From Acidihalobacter ferrooxydans (GTDB lineage: Bacteria > Pseudomonadota > Gammaproteobacteria > DSM-5130 > Acidihalobacteraceae): a stretch of 32,000 bases of DNA. The notes beneath the pieces are model-generated. The model saw only the letters and a program-made list of their open reading frames with translations, did no database searches and was not told the origin of the DNA. A program made the translations under genes and the position numbers. Shown in pieces: positions 1-7,397 of this stretch. The stretch lies in contig NZ_CP019434.1 in the NCBI RefSeq assembly GCF_001975725.1, positions 2,775,322-2,807,321 of the forward strand. Reading direction: 5' to 3'. Each line of letters opens with the position of its first letter. Within the stretch, counting starts at the first letter, position 1.

Positions 1-242
1 AAATCAGCGCGTTAAACCGCAGTGTTGCGCTTCAAAATTGAAACCGCCCATTATTACGCAGCCATTTGATGGTGATTTTTGTTGGGAAGCCCCTAAACAC
101 ATGCTTGCAAGACCAGACCACGTTTCCGGAAACTCGGGCGCATTTTTCGTTCGCTACGCTCACTACAAATGCGCCGGTTACGGCTGGCGTAGGGTGTCAT
201 CAACTCAACCCGTCCCGTGACCGTAGTGCATCAACAGCTACT

Positions 243-297
243 CATAGTCTGTCGCCTTATAGTCGTCATTTGTAGACAATCTCAGCCTGATTAGTTA
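243..297 (+). promoter_or_regulatory. candidate C-box-like operator plus promoter upstream of the HTH-nuclease ORF
   Basis: Two ATAGTC hexamers lie 15 bp apart (244-249, 259-264). The second sits inside CCTTATAGTC, which resembles GACTnnnAGTC-type controller-protein half sites. GTAGAC follows at 272-277. Possible -35 TTGTAG (270-275), 16-nt spacer, -10 TAGTTA (292-297). By-eye match only. Confidence 0.3.
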
Positions 298-307
298 GGG
301 CTTGAGC

Positions 308-1330
308 ATGGTCAGAAAATCGAGCGACTCCCTCCGCGCTATATTAGCTGAGAACATCAAGACTTTTCGTAGGGAAAAGGGTTTTTCCCAAGAAGAACTA
401 GCCGAGCGATGCGGCTTGCACCGCACGTACATAGGCTCAGTTGAACGACACGAAAGAAATGTCACACTCAGCACACTTGAGGTTTTGGCCTCAACTTTGG
501 GCGTGATAGTTCCCGAGTTGCTTACCGAGCGCGAAAGCCCATCGAATAACGAAAAAATGGGAAAACCTGTAGTGAGCATCTCGGAAAAGGAAATTAGCGA
601 AATTGTTGAGCCGCTACGTCGCCTTACTCCGGCTCAACAGGCTTGGGTCAAGTCCGCTATTCGTGCGTTCGGGACGGCTTGCCAATTCAACCGTGCCCCT
701 GACTCCGATGTGGTAACGGATGCTGTCCTTGCATCCCTTGGTGATCGCTTATTGAGCCACCACGCTGGGAGCCGTCAGGCACTGAGCAAGGATCGTTTTG
801 AGTTTGCGTTTGAGGCTGCCCTAAACGCCTCTGGCATTACGGCCAAGCTTGTGAAAAGCCGGACGAACCGGGGTCACGACATTACCATTCGTGGAATTCC
901 GGTCAGCCTCAAAACAGAAGCCGCGGCCAATATCAAGGACGAATCGATCCACGTCAGCAAGTGGATGGAGCTTGGCCGGGGTGAATGGAAGTTGCCTCTG
1001 CTGCGGGATTTGTTCCTTGAGCACATGCAAAGCTACGACCGCATTTTTACACTCCGACGCTTGAAAGATGCCGGCGCCAAAACACGCTACGAGCTCGTCG
1101 AGATCCCCAAAGAGCTGCTGCTCGAAGCGGCGAATTGCGAACTGGAGGTTTGTTCCAGCAGCAAACAGAATCCGCAGCCCGGCTACGGCTACGTCAAGGA
1201 TGCAGATGGACAACTCAAGTACTCGCTGTACTTCGATGGGGGTACAGAGCGCAAACTCCAGATCAAACACCTGCGAAAAGACCTCTGCAAGGTCCATGCA
1301 ACTTGGATCTTTGGCTCAACGCCCGCGTAA
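308..1330 (+). CDS. XRE-family HTH (controller C-protein-like) fused to a putative type II restriction endonuclease domain
   Basis: The N-terminal ~70 aa is a classic HTH_3/XRE domain (LRAILAENIKTFRREKGFSQEELAERCGLHRTYIGSVERHERNVTLSTLEVLASTLG). The C-terminal ~230 aa has a PD-(D/E)XK-like pattern (FEFAFE ... GHDITIRGIPVSLKTE). The ORF converges on and overlaps a DNA methyltransferase gene. The ORF track starts at TTG 302; ATG 308 is more likely. The nuclease assignment is an inference. Confidence 0.6.
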   Translation: MVRKSSDSLRAILAENIKTFRREKGFSQEELAERCGLHRTYIGSVERHERNVTLSTLEVLASTLGVIVPELLTERESPSNNEKMGKPVVSISEKEISEIVEPLRRLTPAQQAWVKSAIRAFGTACQFNRAPDSDVVTDAVLASLGDRLLSHHAGSRQALSKDRFEFAFEAALNASGITAKLVKSRTNRGHDITIRGIPVSLKTEAAANIKDESIHVSKWMELGRGEWKLPLLRDLFLEHMQSYDRIFTLRRLKDAGAKTRYELVEIPKELLLEAANCELEVCSSSKQNPQPGYGYVKDADGQLKYSLYFDGGTERKLQIKHLRKDLCKVHATWIFGSTPA

Positions 1331-2209
1331 CAACCGCTCACGCGCTAGTTCGGCATACTCCGCGCTTAGCTCGATCCCGACGCAATCCCTGCCCAACTCA
1401 TTGCAGACAACGCCGGTAGTTCCTGACCCGAAAAACGGGTCGAGGACACGGCCATTCTTGCTTGAACCTGCTTCTACGCACATGCGAACAAGAGCCTTGG
1501 GATAGACGGCAAAGTGACTGCCAGGGTATGGCTCTGTATTGATGTTCCATACCGTGCGCCGGTTTTTCGACTTCTGCCTCGGGTTTGTCGCTGGCTCCAT
1601 GATTGCCTGCCAGTCGTAGTAATACTTCTCTGACTTGGAGAACAAGAAAACGTATTCATGAGCGCGAGTCGGACGATCTTTCACGCTCTCCGGCTGACAG
1701 TTGGGCTTGTTCCAAATGATATCCGTTCGCAGGTACCAACCATCCGCTTGTAGGGCAAAAGCCAGCCTCCATGGAACTCCAATCAAATCCTTGGGCTTCA
1801 GTCCTTCGGGCGTAGGAGCCCGGTAGTCCATCGCGCGGCCTTTATTCTTTGCGTCCGCATCGCGCCAAGTCCGGCCGCCCGATGTGTAGCTGTCACCGAT
1901 GTTCAGCCAAAGTGTGCCTTCGTCAGATAGTGTGCGCCGCACCTCACGAAACAAGCGCACTAGATCAGCAATATAATCATCGACAGTGGGTTCTGCACCG
2001 ATCTGACCTTGGACTCCGTAATCCCGTAGTCCCCAATATGGGGGGGAAGTTACAATGCAGTCGAAATGCCCATCAGGCATCCGCGACAGAAGCTGGCGAG
2101 CATCGCCTACGAGCAATTCGCAGCGATTCGCCGTTCCTTCAGCCAGTTGAGCGCCCAACGCTTTACCACCGGTATCAAATAGGTCGAGTATTTGTGTTGT
2201 TTCATTCAT
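1316..2209 (-). CDS. beta-class N4-cytosine/N6-adenine DNA methyltransferase (N6_N4_Mtase family), probably N4C
   Basis: Motif IV TSPPYW lies near the N-terminus and motif I DPFFGSGTT near the C-terminus, the permuted beta-class order. SPPY rather than DPPY favours N4-cytosine. The likely start is ATG 2209 (MNETTQILDLF), with GGAG 8 nt upstream. The track ORF extends to 2245. Confidence 0.9.
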   Translation of the reverse strand: MNETTQILDLFDTGGKALGAQLAEGTANRCELLVGDARQLLSRMPDGHFDCIVTSPPYWGLRDYGVQGQIGAEPTVDDYIADLVRLFREVRRTLSDEGTLWLNIGDSYTSGGRTWRDADAKNKGRAMDYRAPTPEGLKPKDLIGVPWRLAFALQADGWYLRTDIIWNKPNCQPESVKDRPTRAHEYVFLFSKSEKYYYDWQAIMEPATNPRQKSKNRRTVWNINTEPYPGSHFAVYPKALVRMCVEAGSSKNGRVLDPFFGSGTTGVVCNELGRDCVGIELSAEYAELARERLLRGR

Positions 2210-2446
2210 TTTTGATGCTCCGCAGTTCGGCATTAGACATGTCACGGGTTGTGCCCACGAGGCAATTGCTACTTATAGTATTCATCACCTACCCCTCTGT
2301 CAAGGCCGGGCATTTAGCTCAGAGCATCAACCTGAACACCCGACTCAAACGTTATGTGATCACACCATAAAATTAAGTTTATTTAATTTTAAAATCCGTT
2401 TAATATTTGCCTGTGGGTCGTCCACGTCAACTTAAAGGTGAAGCAA

Positions 2447-2776
2447 ATGGATGTTTTTGGAAGCAAAACGCAGAAGCTACTAGCAGACGCTCAGGGCTTA
2501 TTGCAACAGGCGCAACATGAAATGAGCAAAGACATTGAAAAGCTGAAGGCTAAGCAATCAGCGACAGATGCGAGGCTGGCAAGGTTGGAAAATCAGCAAG
2601 ACAATTCTGCACGAGAGATTGGCCGATTGCAGCAATCGCTAGACGATATTCGAGACAGTGCGATTCGGGGAGAAATAGCAAGCGGGCAGAAAACAAAAGA
2701 CGTTGCTGATAAGTTCAATCTTACGCCAGCAAGAGTGTCTCAGATAGCTCCCCGCAGAAAGTACAATAACGGATAA
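2447..2776 (+). CDS. hypothetical small protein: N-terminal coiled coil with a C-terminal HTH-like segment
   Basis: The heptad-like, Q/L/K-rich N-terminal 70 aa suggests a coiled coil. The C-terminus GQKTKDVADKFNLTPARVSQIA resembles a resolvase or sigma region-4 type HTH. AAGG sits 8 nt upstream of ATG 2447. The ORF lies in an AT-rich tract, divergent from the MTase. I recognise no family. Confidence 0.45.
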   Translation: MDVFGSKTQKLLADAQGLLQQAQHEMSKDIEKLKAKQSATDARLARLENQQDNSAREIGRLQQSLDDIRDSAIRGEIASGQKTKDVADKFNLTPARVSQIAPRRKYNNG

Positions 2777-2939
2777 ATGCATATAACAATGCCATAAAAT
2801 CGGCCCCCAAAAAGCTACGCTGCGCTTTGCTTTTCAGGTCCGGTTATGGCAAAAGAGTGATACCTAAAAATCTGACTCAGAGTAAAAATGTCATTTCAAA
2901 CACCAATTGAACAACAGGGGACAGACCACGGTTTCATGA

Positions 2940-3115
2940 CGATCTAGGAGTCTGTCGGATTTAACGCTAATCGGCTGCAAATCCCCGGATAGCGATCAAC
3001 TCCGCTTATTGAACTCGTTAAATAGACCCACTATTCGCCTCGTTCGATAAACGCATTTGATTCGCCCCCGCTGATTTTCGCGACGATCCGTCAAATCCGA
3101 CAGACTCCTAGATCG
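2940..3115. repeat. 176-bp element bounded by perfect 23-bp terminal inverted repeats (MITE-like or long hairpin)
   Basis: CGATCTAGGAGTCTGTCGGATTT at 2940-2962 is the exact reverse complement of 3093-3115. The interior is about 130 bp, AT-rich and non-coding. I saw no obvious target-site duplication. Confidence 0.6.
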
Positions 3116-3141
3116 ATTCAAACCTGGCACCCTACCAGGCA

Positions 3142-3726
3142 TCAGGCGAGATCGGCGACCAGCGATAGCGCCGTCGCTTCGGGTAACGGGTCGACTACCA
3201 GCGGCATAGCCTTGTGATCGATGCCGCCGGAAATTGGCGCGCCGCCCTTGGCCGCAGCCACCATCCCGGCGCTCAACTCGAAGCGCACGAAATGCACCGT
3301 GGAGGTCTTCTCTTCGGTTTCACGTTCGAGATCCTCATCGGCGATGGCATAGACCTTGTCGAAACCCTCAACCCGCATCCACACGCGATCCTCGATGCCG
3401 ATCAGCCGTTTGAGCGCTTCGTGGCGTTCGGCAGCCTCTGTATATTCGAGCATGAAGGTCGCTTTCCAGTTACTTCCGTCTGGAATCAGCGGGTTATACG
3501 CATCCAGCTCATCGACAATGCCAGCAGCCTCGAAAATACGCTCCGCCCGCAGCATTTCCTGAACCTGATACTGAATGGTCAGTCGGTCCTCGAAATACAA
3601 CACGGCATGAGGGCCCAGCGCCAGGCGTCGAGCACGCTTGTGAGCCATCACCTGCGCGCGGAACTCCGGGCGCCTGGTGGCGTATGTTTCGAGCGACATC
3701 AGGTCTGCCCGTGTCAATTTTTCCAT
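3142..3726 (-). CDS. DUF3501 family protein
   Basis: The sequence (RPEFRAQVMAHKRARRLALGPHAVLYFEDRLTIQYQVQEMLRAERIF ... YNPLIPDGSNWKATFMLEY) matches my memory of DUF3501. Its position downstream of a CCG-domain Fe-S protein and rubrerythrin is the usual neighbourhood. Confidence 0.75.
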   Translation of the reverse strand: MEKLTRADLMSLETYATRRPEFRAQVMAHKRARRLALGPHAVLYFEDRLTIQYQVQEMLRAERIFEAAGIVDELDAYNPLIPDGSNWKATFMLEYTEAAERHEALKRLIGIEDRVWMRVEGFDKVYAIADEDLERETEEKTSTVHFVRFELSAGMVAAAKGGAPISGGIDHKAMPLVVDPLPEATALSLVADLA

Positions 3727-3765
3727 GTTCGTGACTCCATTTTTGACTGCAATAACGCGCCGATC

Positions 3766-5115
3766 TCAGTCGAGTCCATACGCCAATCGCAACAAAGTCA
3801 ATGGATGTTCGGGCGGGCGTTCGTCCTTGAGGCCGTTTTCGATCTGATGGCCGGCCATTGGGCAATCGCTGGAGTAGTGATCGCTCTCGGCCTTTTGCAC
3901 ACGCGTGACCACCGGACGACAGATTTTCATCGACGTTTCGTGGAACTCGCTCTTTACCGCATAGGTTCCGTCATGCCCGGAGCAGCGTTCGATCACGTCT
4001 AGCGTCGTATCCGGAATCAGTTCCAGCAGTTCGCGCGTTTTCAAACCCATGTTCTGCACGCGCAGATGGCACGCCGCGTGATAGGCGATTTTGCCCAGCG
4101 AATGCTTGAATTCTGTATTGAGAAGCCCTTCTTTCTGACGCAGCATCAGGTACTCGAACGGGTCGAAAATATGCGCCTTGACCTTGGCCACATCGGGGTC
4201 GTCCGGGAACATCAACGGCAGTTCCTGCTTGAACATTAGCACGCAGGAAGGTACCGGCCCGACAATATCCCAGCCTGCGTCGATCATGCGCGCGAGCACC
4301 GGAATATTCGCCTCCTTGGCTCGCGCCACGGCTTCCAGATCGCCCAATTCCAGCTTGGGCATGCCGCAACACCGCTCCTTCTCGGCCAGCGTCATCTCGA
4401 TACCGTTATGCTCGAACACCTTGAACAGGTCCTCGATCAAATGCGGCTCGTTGTAATTGCCATAACAGGTCGCAAACACCGCCACACGCCCCTGCGTGCG
4501 CCCGGCCGACACGGCCTGAGTCACCGCGCTGTGGTGGTCGGCAACGCGCTGGCGCCCGGTTTCGCTGTGATATTGCGGCAGCAGTGCGCCGGCATGGATG
4601 CCCATGGTCTTGTCCAACTGCTCGCGAAACGCCGGATTACGGTTTGCAGCGTTCATCGCCTCGGCAACCACCGGGATACCGGCCAGCCGACCGATGGCGT
4701 CGGTGGAACTGATCAGGCGGTCACGCTTACTCGTGCGGCCCTCGCGATATTTCACCGCCTTGGCACGCAGCATCAGATGCGGAAAATCGACATTCCATTC
4801 GTGCGGCGGCGTGTATGGGCACTTGGTCATGTAACACAGATCGCACAGATAGCATTGATCGATCACCTTCCAGTAGTCGTCCTTGGCGACGCCATCCACC
4901 TCCAGCGTGGAGGATTCGTCGACCAGATCGAACAGCGTCGGAAATGCGTTACAGAGACTGACGCAGCGTCGGCACCCGTGGCAGATTTCATAAACCCGCT
5001 CCAATTCGGCGAACAGGGCTTCATGGTCGTAGAACGCCTCGGTCTCCCATGCCAAAGGATGCCGGGTCGGGGCTTCAAGATTGCCTTCTTTTTTGCTGTC
5101 GGTCGGGGCTGACAT
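3766..5115 (-). CDS. (Fe-S)-binding oxidoreductase, HdrD/GlpC-like: 2x[4Fe-4S] ferredoxin motifs plus cysteine-rich CCG domains
   Basis: Ferredoxin motifs CHGCRRCVSLC and CYLCDLCYMTKCP lie in the N-terminal part. The C-terminal half has CCG-type motifs (CCGMP ... ERCSGHDGTY). Confidence 0.85.
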   Translation of the reverse strand: MSAPTDSKKEGNLEAPTRHPLAWETEAFYDHEALFAELERVYEICHGCRRCVSLCNAFPTLFDLVDESSTLEVDGVAKDDYWKVIDQCYLCDLCYMTKCPYTPPHEWNVDFPHLMLRAKAVKYREGRTSKRDRLISSTDAIGRLAGIPVVAEAMNAANRNPAFREQLDKTMGIHAGALLPQYHSETGRQRVADHHSAVTQAVSAGRTQGRVAVFATCYGNYNEPHLIEDLFKVFEHNGIEMTLAEKERCCGMPKLELGDLEAVARAKEANIPVLARMIDAGWDIVGPVPSCVLMFKQELPLMFPDDPDVAKVKAHIFDPFEYLMLRQKEGLLNTEFKHSLGKIAYHAACHLRVQNMGLKTRELLELIPDTTLDVIERCSGHDGTYAVKSEFHETSMKICRPVVTRVQKAESDHYSSDCPMAGHQIENGLKDERPPEHPLTLLRLAYGLD

Positions 5116-5172
5116 CCTGTCCCTCCTCAGTCGGGCGCGCGCATCGCGTACGTCGGCTTTATCGTTCTGCCA

Positions 5173-5213
5173 GAAATTCGCTACTGTAAAACAAGAATCT
5201 CGCTACGGTAAAA
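5173..5213. promoter_or_regulatory. two 19-bp direct repeats (16/19 identical, 22-bp period), a candidate operator upstream of the Fe-S/DUF3501 genes
   Basis: GAAATTCGCTACTGTAAAA (5173-5191) and GAATCTCGCTACGGTAAAA (5195-5213) lie 58-100 nt upstream of the Fe-S protein start codon at 5115. The second repeat abuts the rubrerythrin terminator tail. Confidence 0.35.
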
Positions 5214-5242
5214 ATTCAAGGAGCCGCCCACAGCGGCTCCTT
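5211..5242 (-). terminator. intrinsic terminator downstream of rubrerythrin
   Basis: A perfect 10-bp stem AAGGAGCCGC / GCGGCTCCTT (5218-5227 / 5233-5242) has a 5-nt loop. On the - strand it is followed by GAAUUUUUA. It begins 10 nt after the rubrerythrin stop. Confidence 0.65.
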
Positions 5243-5251
5243 GACAACGAC

Positions 5252-5671
5252 TCAGGCGACCATGCTGTCCAAAGCCTTCTGGAAGCGGTTGGCATGCGAA
5301 CGTTCGGCCTTGGCCAGCGTTTCGAACCAATCCGCGATTTCGTCAAAACCTTCCTCGCGCGCGGTCTTGGCCATGCCCGGGTACATATCGGTGTACTCAT
5401 GCGTCTCGCCAGCGATGGCGGTCTTCAGGTTGGCTTCGGTGCTGCCGAAAGGCAAACCGGTGGCCGGATCGCCACAATCTTCGAGATACTCCAGATGGCC
5501 GTGCGCATGGCCCGTTTCGCCTTCCGCAGTGGACCGAAACACGGCGGAGATATCGTTCTGGCCTTCGACATCGGCCTTGGCTGCAAAGTACAGATAACGC
5601 CGGTTGGCTTGCGACTCACCGGAAAACGCCTCCTTCAGGCTTTGCTCGGTCTTGCTACCCTTGAGTTCCAC
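5252..5671 (-). CDS. rubrerythrin (ferritin-like di-iron domain)
   Basis: Motifs seen are [55 protein letters not shown] and ERSHANRF. The likely start is GTG 5671, with GGAGGA 7 nt upstream. The track start at 5686 is a TTG inside that SD. Confidence 0.85.
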   Translation of the reverse strand: MELKGSKTEQSLKEAFSGESQANRRYLYFAAKADVEGQNDISAVFRSTAEGETGHAHGHLEYLEDCGDPATGLPFGSTEANLKTAIAGETHEYTDMYPGMAKTAREEGFDEIADWFETLAKAERSHANRFQKALDSMVA

Positions 5672-5731
5672 AGTGCTATCCTCCAAGTTCTGAACAATTG
5701 ACGAGCGACCGCGATTGCGGCCACAAGCTTT

Positions 5732-5760
5732 AACTTAGACCCAGTCTAAAATTTCGTCAA
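5732..5760 (-). promoter_or_regulatory. candidate sigma70 promoter for rubrerythrin
   Basis: On the - strand: TTGACG (5760-5755), 17-nt spacer, TAAGTT (5737-5732), about 60 nt upstream of the start codon. Confidence 0.4.
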
Positions 5761-6026
5761 GCACGCACCTTTCGACGCGCCACTCACATTTTCAACCCGG
5801 ATATTTCACAGATTTCCATTGATCTCGCGGGGCTCTTGTTACTCAAGGGATATTTCTTCAATCGGCCGTTGTCACCGATATGCTGCCCCTTCCGAGATTC
5901 CTTGTGAAATCACTATCCGGCGCGATAGCGACACAAAGCCATGAAACATCCGGGTTGGAATTGCTCAAGATCACACTCTCAGGTAGTGTTCCCGGTTTGA
6001 TTTTGGCGCACGCCCTGATTACCTCA

Positions 6027-6275
6027 ATGAGCCCAAAGAAACTCAACTTCGAAACAGCTCTGGCTGAACTGGAAGCCCTGGTCGAGCGCATGGAGCACGG
6101 CGATCAGCCACTGGAAGTATCGCTCAAGGAATTCGAACAGGGCATCCGCCTGGTTCGTGACTGTCAGCGGGCGCTTGAGACTGCCGAACAAAAAATCCGG
6201 TTATTGACGGACGACGGCGAACAACCGCTCGAAGCCCAACCATCCGACGAAGACGAGACCGTACATCGTGAGTGA
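6027..6275 (+). CDS. xseB: exodeoxyribonuclease VII small subunit
   Basis: MSPKKLNFETALAELEALVERMEHGDQPLEVSLKEFEQGIRLVRDCQRALETAEQKI is typical XseB. It sits in the conserved xseB-ispA-dxs order. The track ORF start at 5880 is an upstream extension. Confidence 0.9.
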   Translation: MSPKKLNFETALAELEALVERMEHGDQPLEVSLKEFEQGIRLVRDCQRALETAEQKIRLLTDDGEQPLEAQPSDEDETVHRE

Positions 6276-7164
6276 CGTGTTACAACTGGCCGAACACTGG
6301 CGCGAGCGCGTCGAAAAAACCCTCGAACGCTGGCTACCCGATTCCGACACTCAACCCAGGCAACTGCACGCCGCGATGCGCTACGCGACCCTGGGTGGCG
6401 GCAAACGCATCCGGCCGTTGCTGGTGTACGCCACCGGGCGCGCGCTCGGCCTGGACGAAACCTGCCTCGATGCCCCGGCGGCAGCCGTCGAAATCATTCA
6501 TGCCTACTCGCTCATCCACGACGATCTGCCGGCCATGGACGACGACGACCTCCGCCGGGGCCGGCCGTCCTGCCACAAGGCATTCGACGAAGCCACCGCA
6601 ATTCTGGCCGGCGACGCCATGCAGGCACTGGCATTTCACATTCTCGCCAACGACACGGCGCCGAACATCTCGCCGGCCACCCGGCTGGCCATGATCGACA
6701 CGCTGGCCATCGCATCCGGCTCCCGTGGCATGGCCGGTGGCCAGGCCATCGATCTCGAAGCGGTGGGCCGTGAACTCTCGCTGGCCGAGCTTGAGAACAT
6801 GCATATCCACAAAACCGGCGCACTGATTCGTGCCAGCGTGCGCATAGCCGCCCTGTCAGCGGAGCAGACCGACGACGCCGCACGTGAGCGCCTGAACCAC
6901 TACGCCGCCTGTATCGGCCTCGCTTTCCAGATTCGTGACGACATTCTCGATATCGAAGGCGACACCGAGGTGATCGGGAAGACCCAGGGCGCGGACCTCG
7001 CGCGCAACAAACCAACCTTCCCCGGATTACTCGGCATGGACGCAGCCAAAACGCATGCGCATTCGCTGCACGAAGAAGCGCTGCGCGCACTGGACACGTT
7101 TGCCGACGACCGCACGGACGCCTTGCGCTGGATCGCCGACTTCATCGTCAACCGTATACACTAG
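6268..7164 (+). CDS. ispA: (2E,6E)-farnesyl diphosphate synthase
   Basis: It has the FARM motif IHDDLPAMDDDDLRRGRP and the SARM motif FQIRDDILD, plus the conserved synteny. The GTG start overlaps the xseB stop by 8 nt; GTG 6277 is also possible. Confidence 0.92.
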   Translation: MSDVLQLAEHWRERVEKTLERWLPDSDTQPRQLHAAMRYATLGGGKRIRPLLVYATGRALGLDETCLDAPAAAVEIIHAYSLIHDDLPAMDDDDLRRGRPSCHKAFDEATAILAGDAMQALAFHILANDTAPNISPATRLAMIDTLAIASGSRGMAGGQAIDLEAVGRELSLAELENMHIHKTGALIRASVRIAALSAEQTDDAARERLNHYAACIGLAFQIRDDILDIEGDTEVIGKTQGADLARNKPTFPGLLGMDAAKTHAHSLHEEALRALDTFADDRTDALRWIADFIVNRIH

Positions 7165-7397
7165 GTGCCTGACGGCGCAGCGCTGTGCCTCCTGGTAAAA
7201 AATGGTCGCTGCGGCACATGCGTGCCTTATCCCGGATAGTTCGCAATCGGTGGTCGTTGTGAAATGCCCGGGTTATAAGCAGGCCAGTGGCGCGTTAAAA
7301 ATACCGTCATGAGCGACACCGTACATCGGCGCACTTGCAGTCCAGCGCTCAACGGCCAACAATCAAGCAGGACATACCCCGCGATATCGAGTGGCCA

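Noticed and set aside
244-254. The 11-mer ATAGTCTGTCG is shared between 244-254 and 10581-10591, and AGTCTGTCG also occurs in the 23-bp IR (2949-2957). A similar case is the 11-mer ACCGTACATCG at both about 6260 and about 7318.
   Set aside because: In 32 kb, on the order of a hundred chance 11-mer repeats are expected (about N^2/2/4^11). There is no extended similarity around them.
38-275. Small + strand ORFs (38-220, 66-275) and an 8-bp stem hairpin GCGCATTT/AAATGCGC (138-174) in the leftmost 300 bp.
   Set aside because: The ORFs overlap each other, lack SD sequences and have odd composition. The hairpin has a 22-nt loop and no U-tract. There is nothing I can support without the sequence to the left.
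2940-3115. Integron attC-like reading of the inverted-repeat element (ATTTAAC matches RYYYAAC).
   Set aside because: The partner site is GTCAAAT, not GTTRRRY. The perfect repeats lie outside rather than inside the putative core sites. No integrase or cassette array is visible.
3111-3141. A tRNA-like 3' fragment (GATTCAAACCTGGCACCCTACCA) that could mark an island att site.
   Set aside because: I tried to fit a T-arm, acceptor and CCA. With either possible T-loop register the flanking 5-nt stems are not complementary. I found no full tRNA anywhere in the window.
5116-5172. A sigma54-like TGGCAG ... AAAGC upstream of the Fe-S protein gene.
   Set aside because: The GG-to-GC spacing is 12 nt instead of the required 10, and the -12 element is poor.
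7165-7397. The unusually long (233 bp) ispA-dxs spacer, inspected for a riboswitch or terminator.
   Set aside because: I found only weak 5-6 bp hairpins (for example GGCAC atgc GTGCC), with no U-tract and no recognisable motif. It is probably just an internal promoter region.
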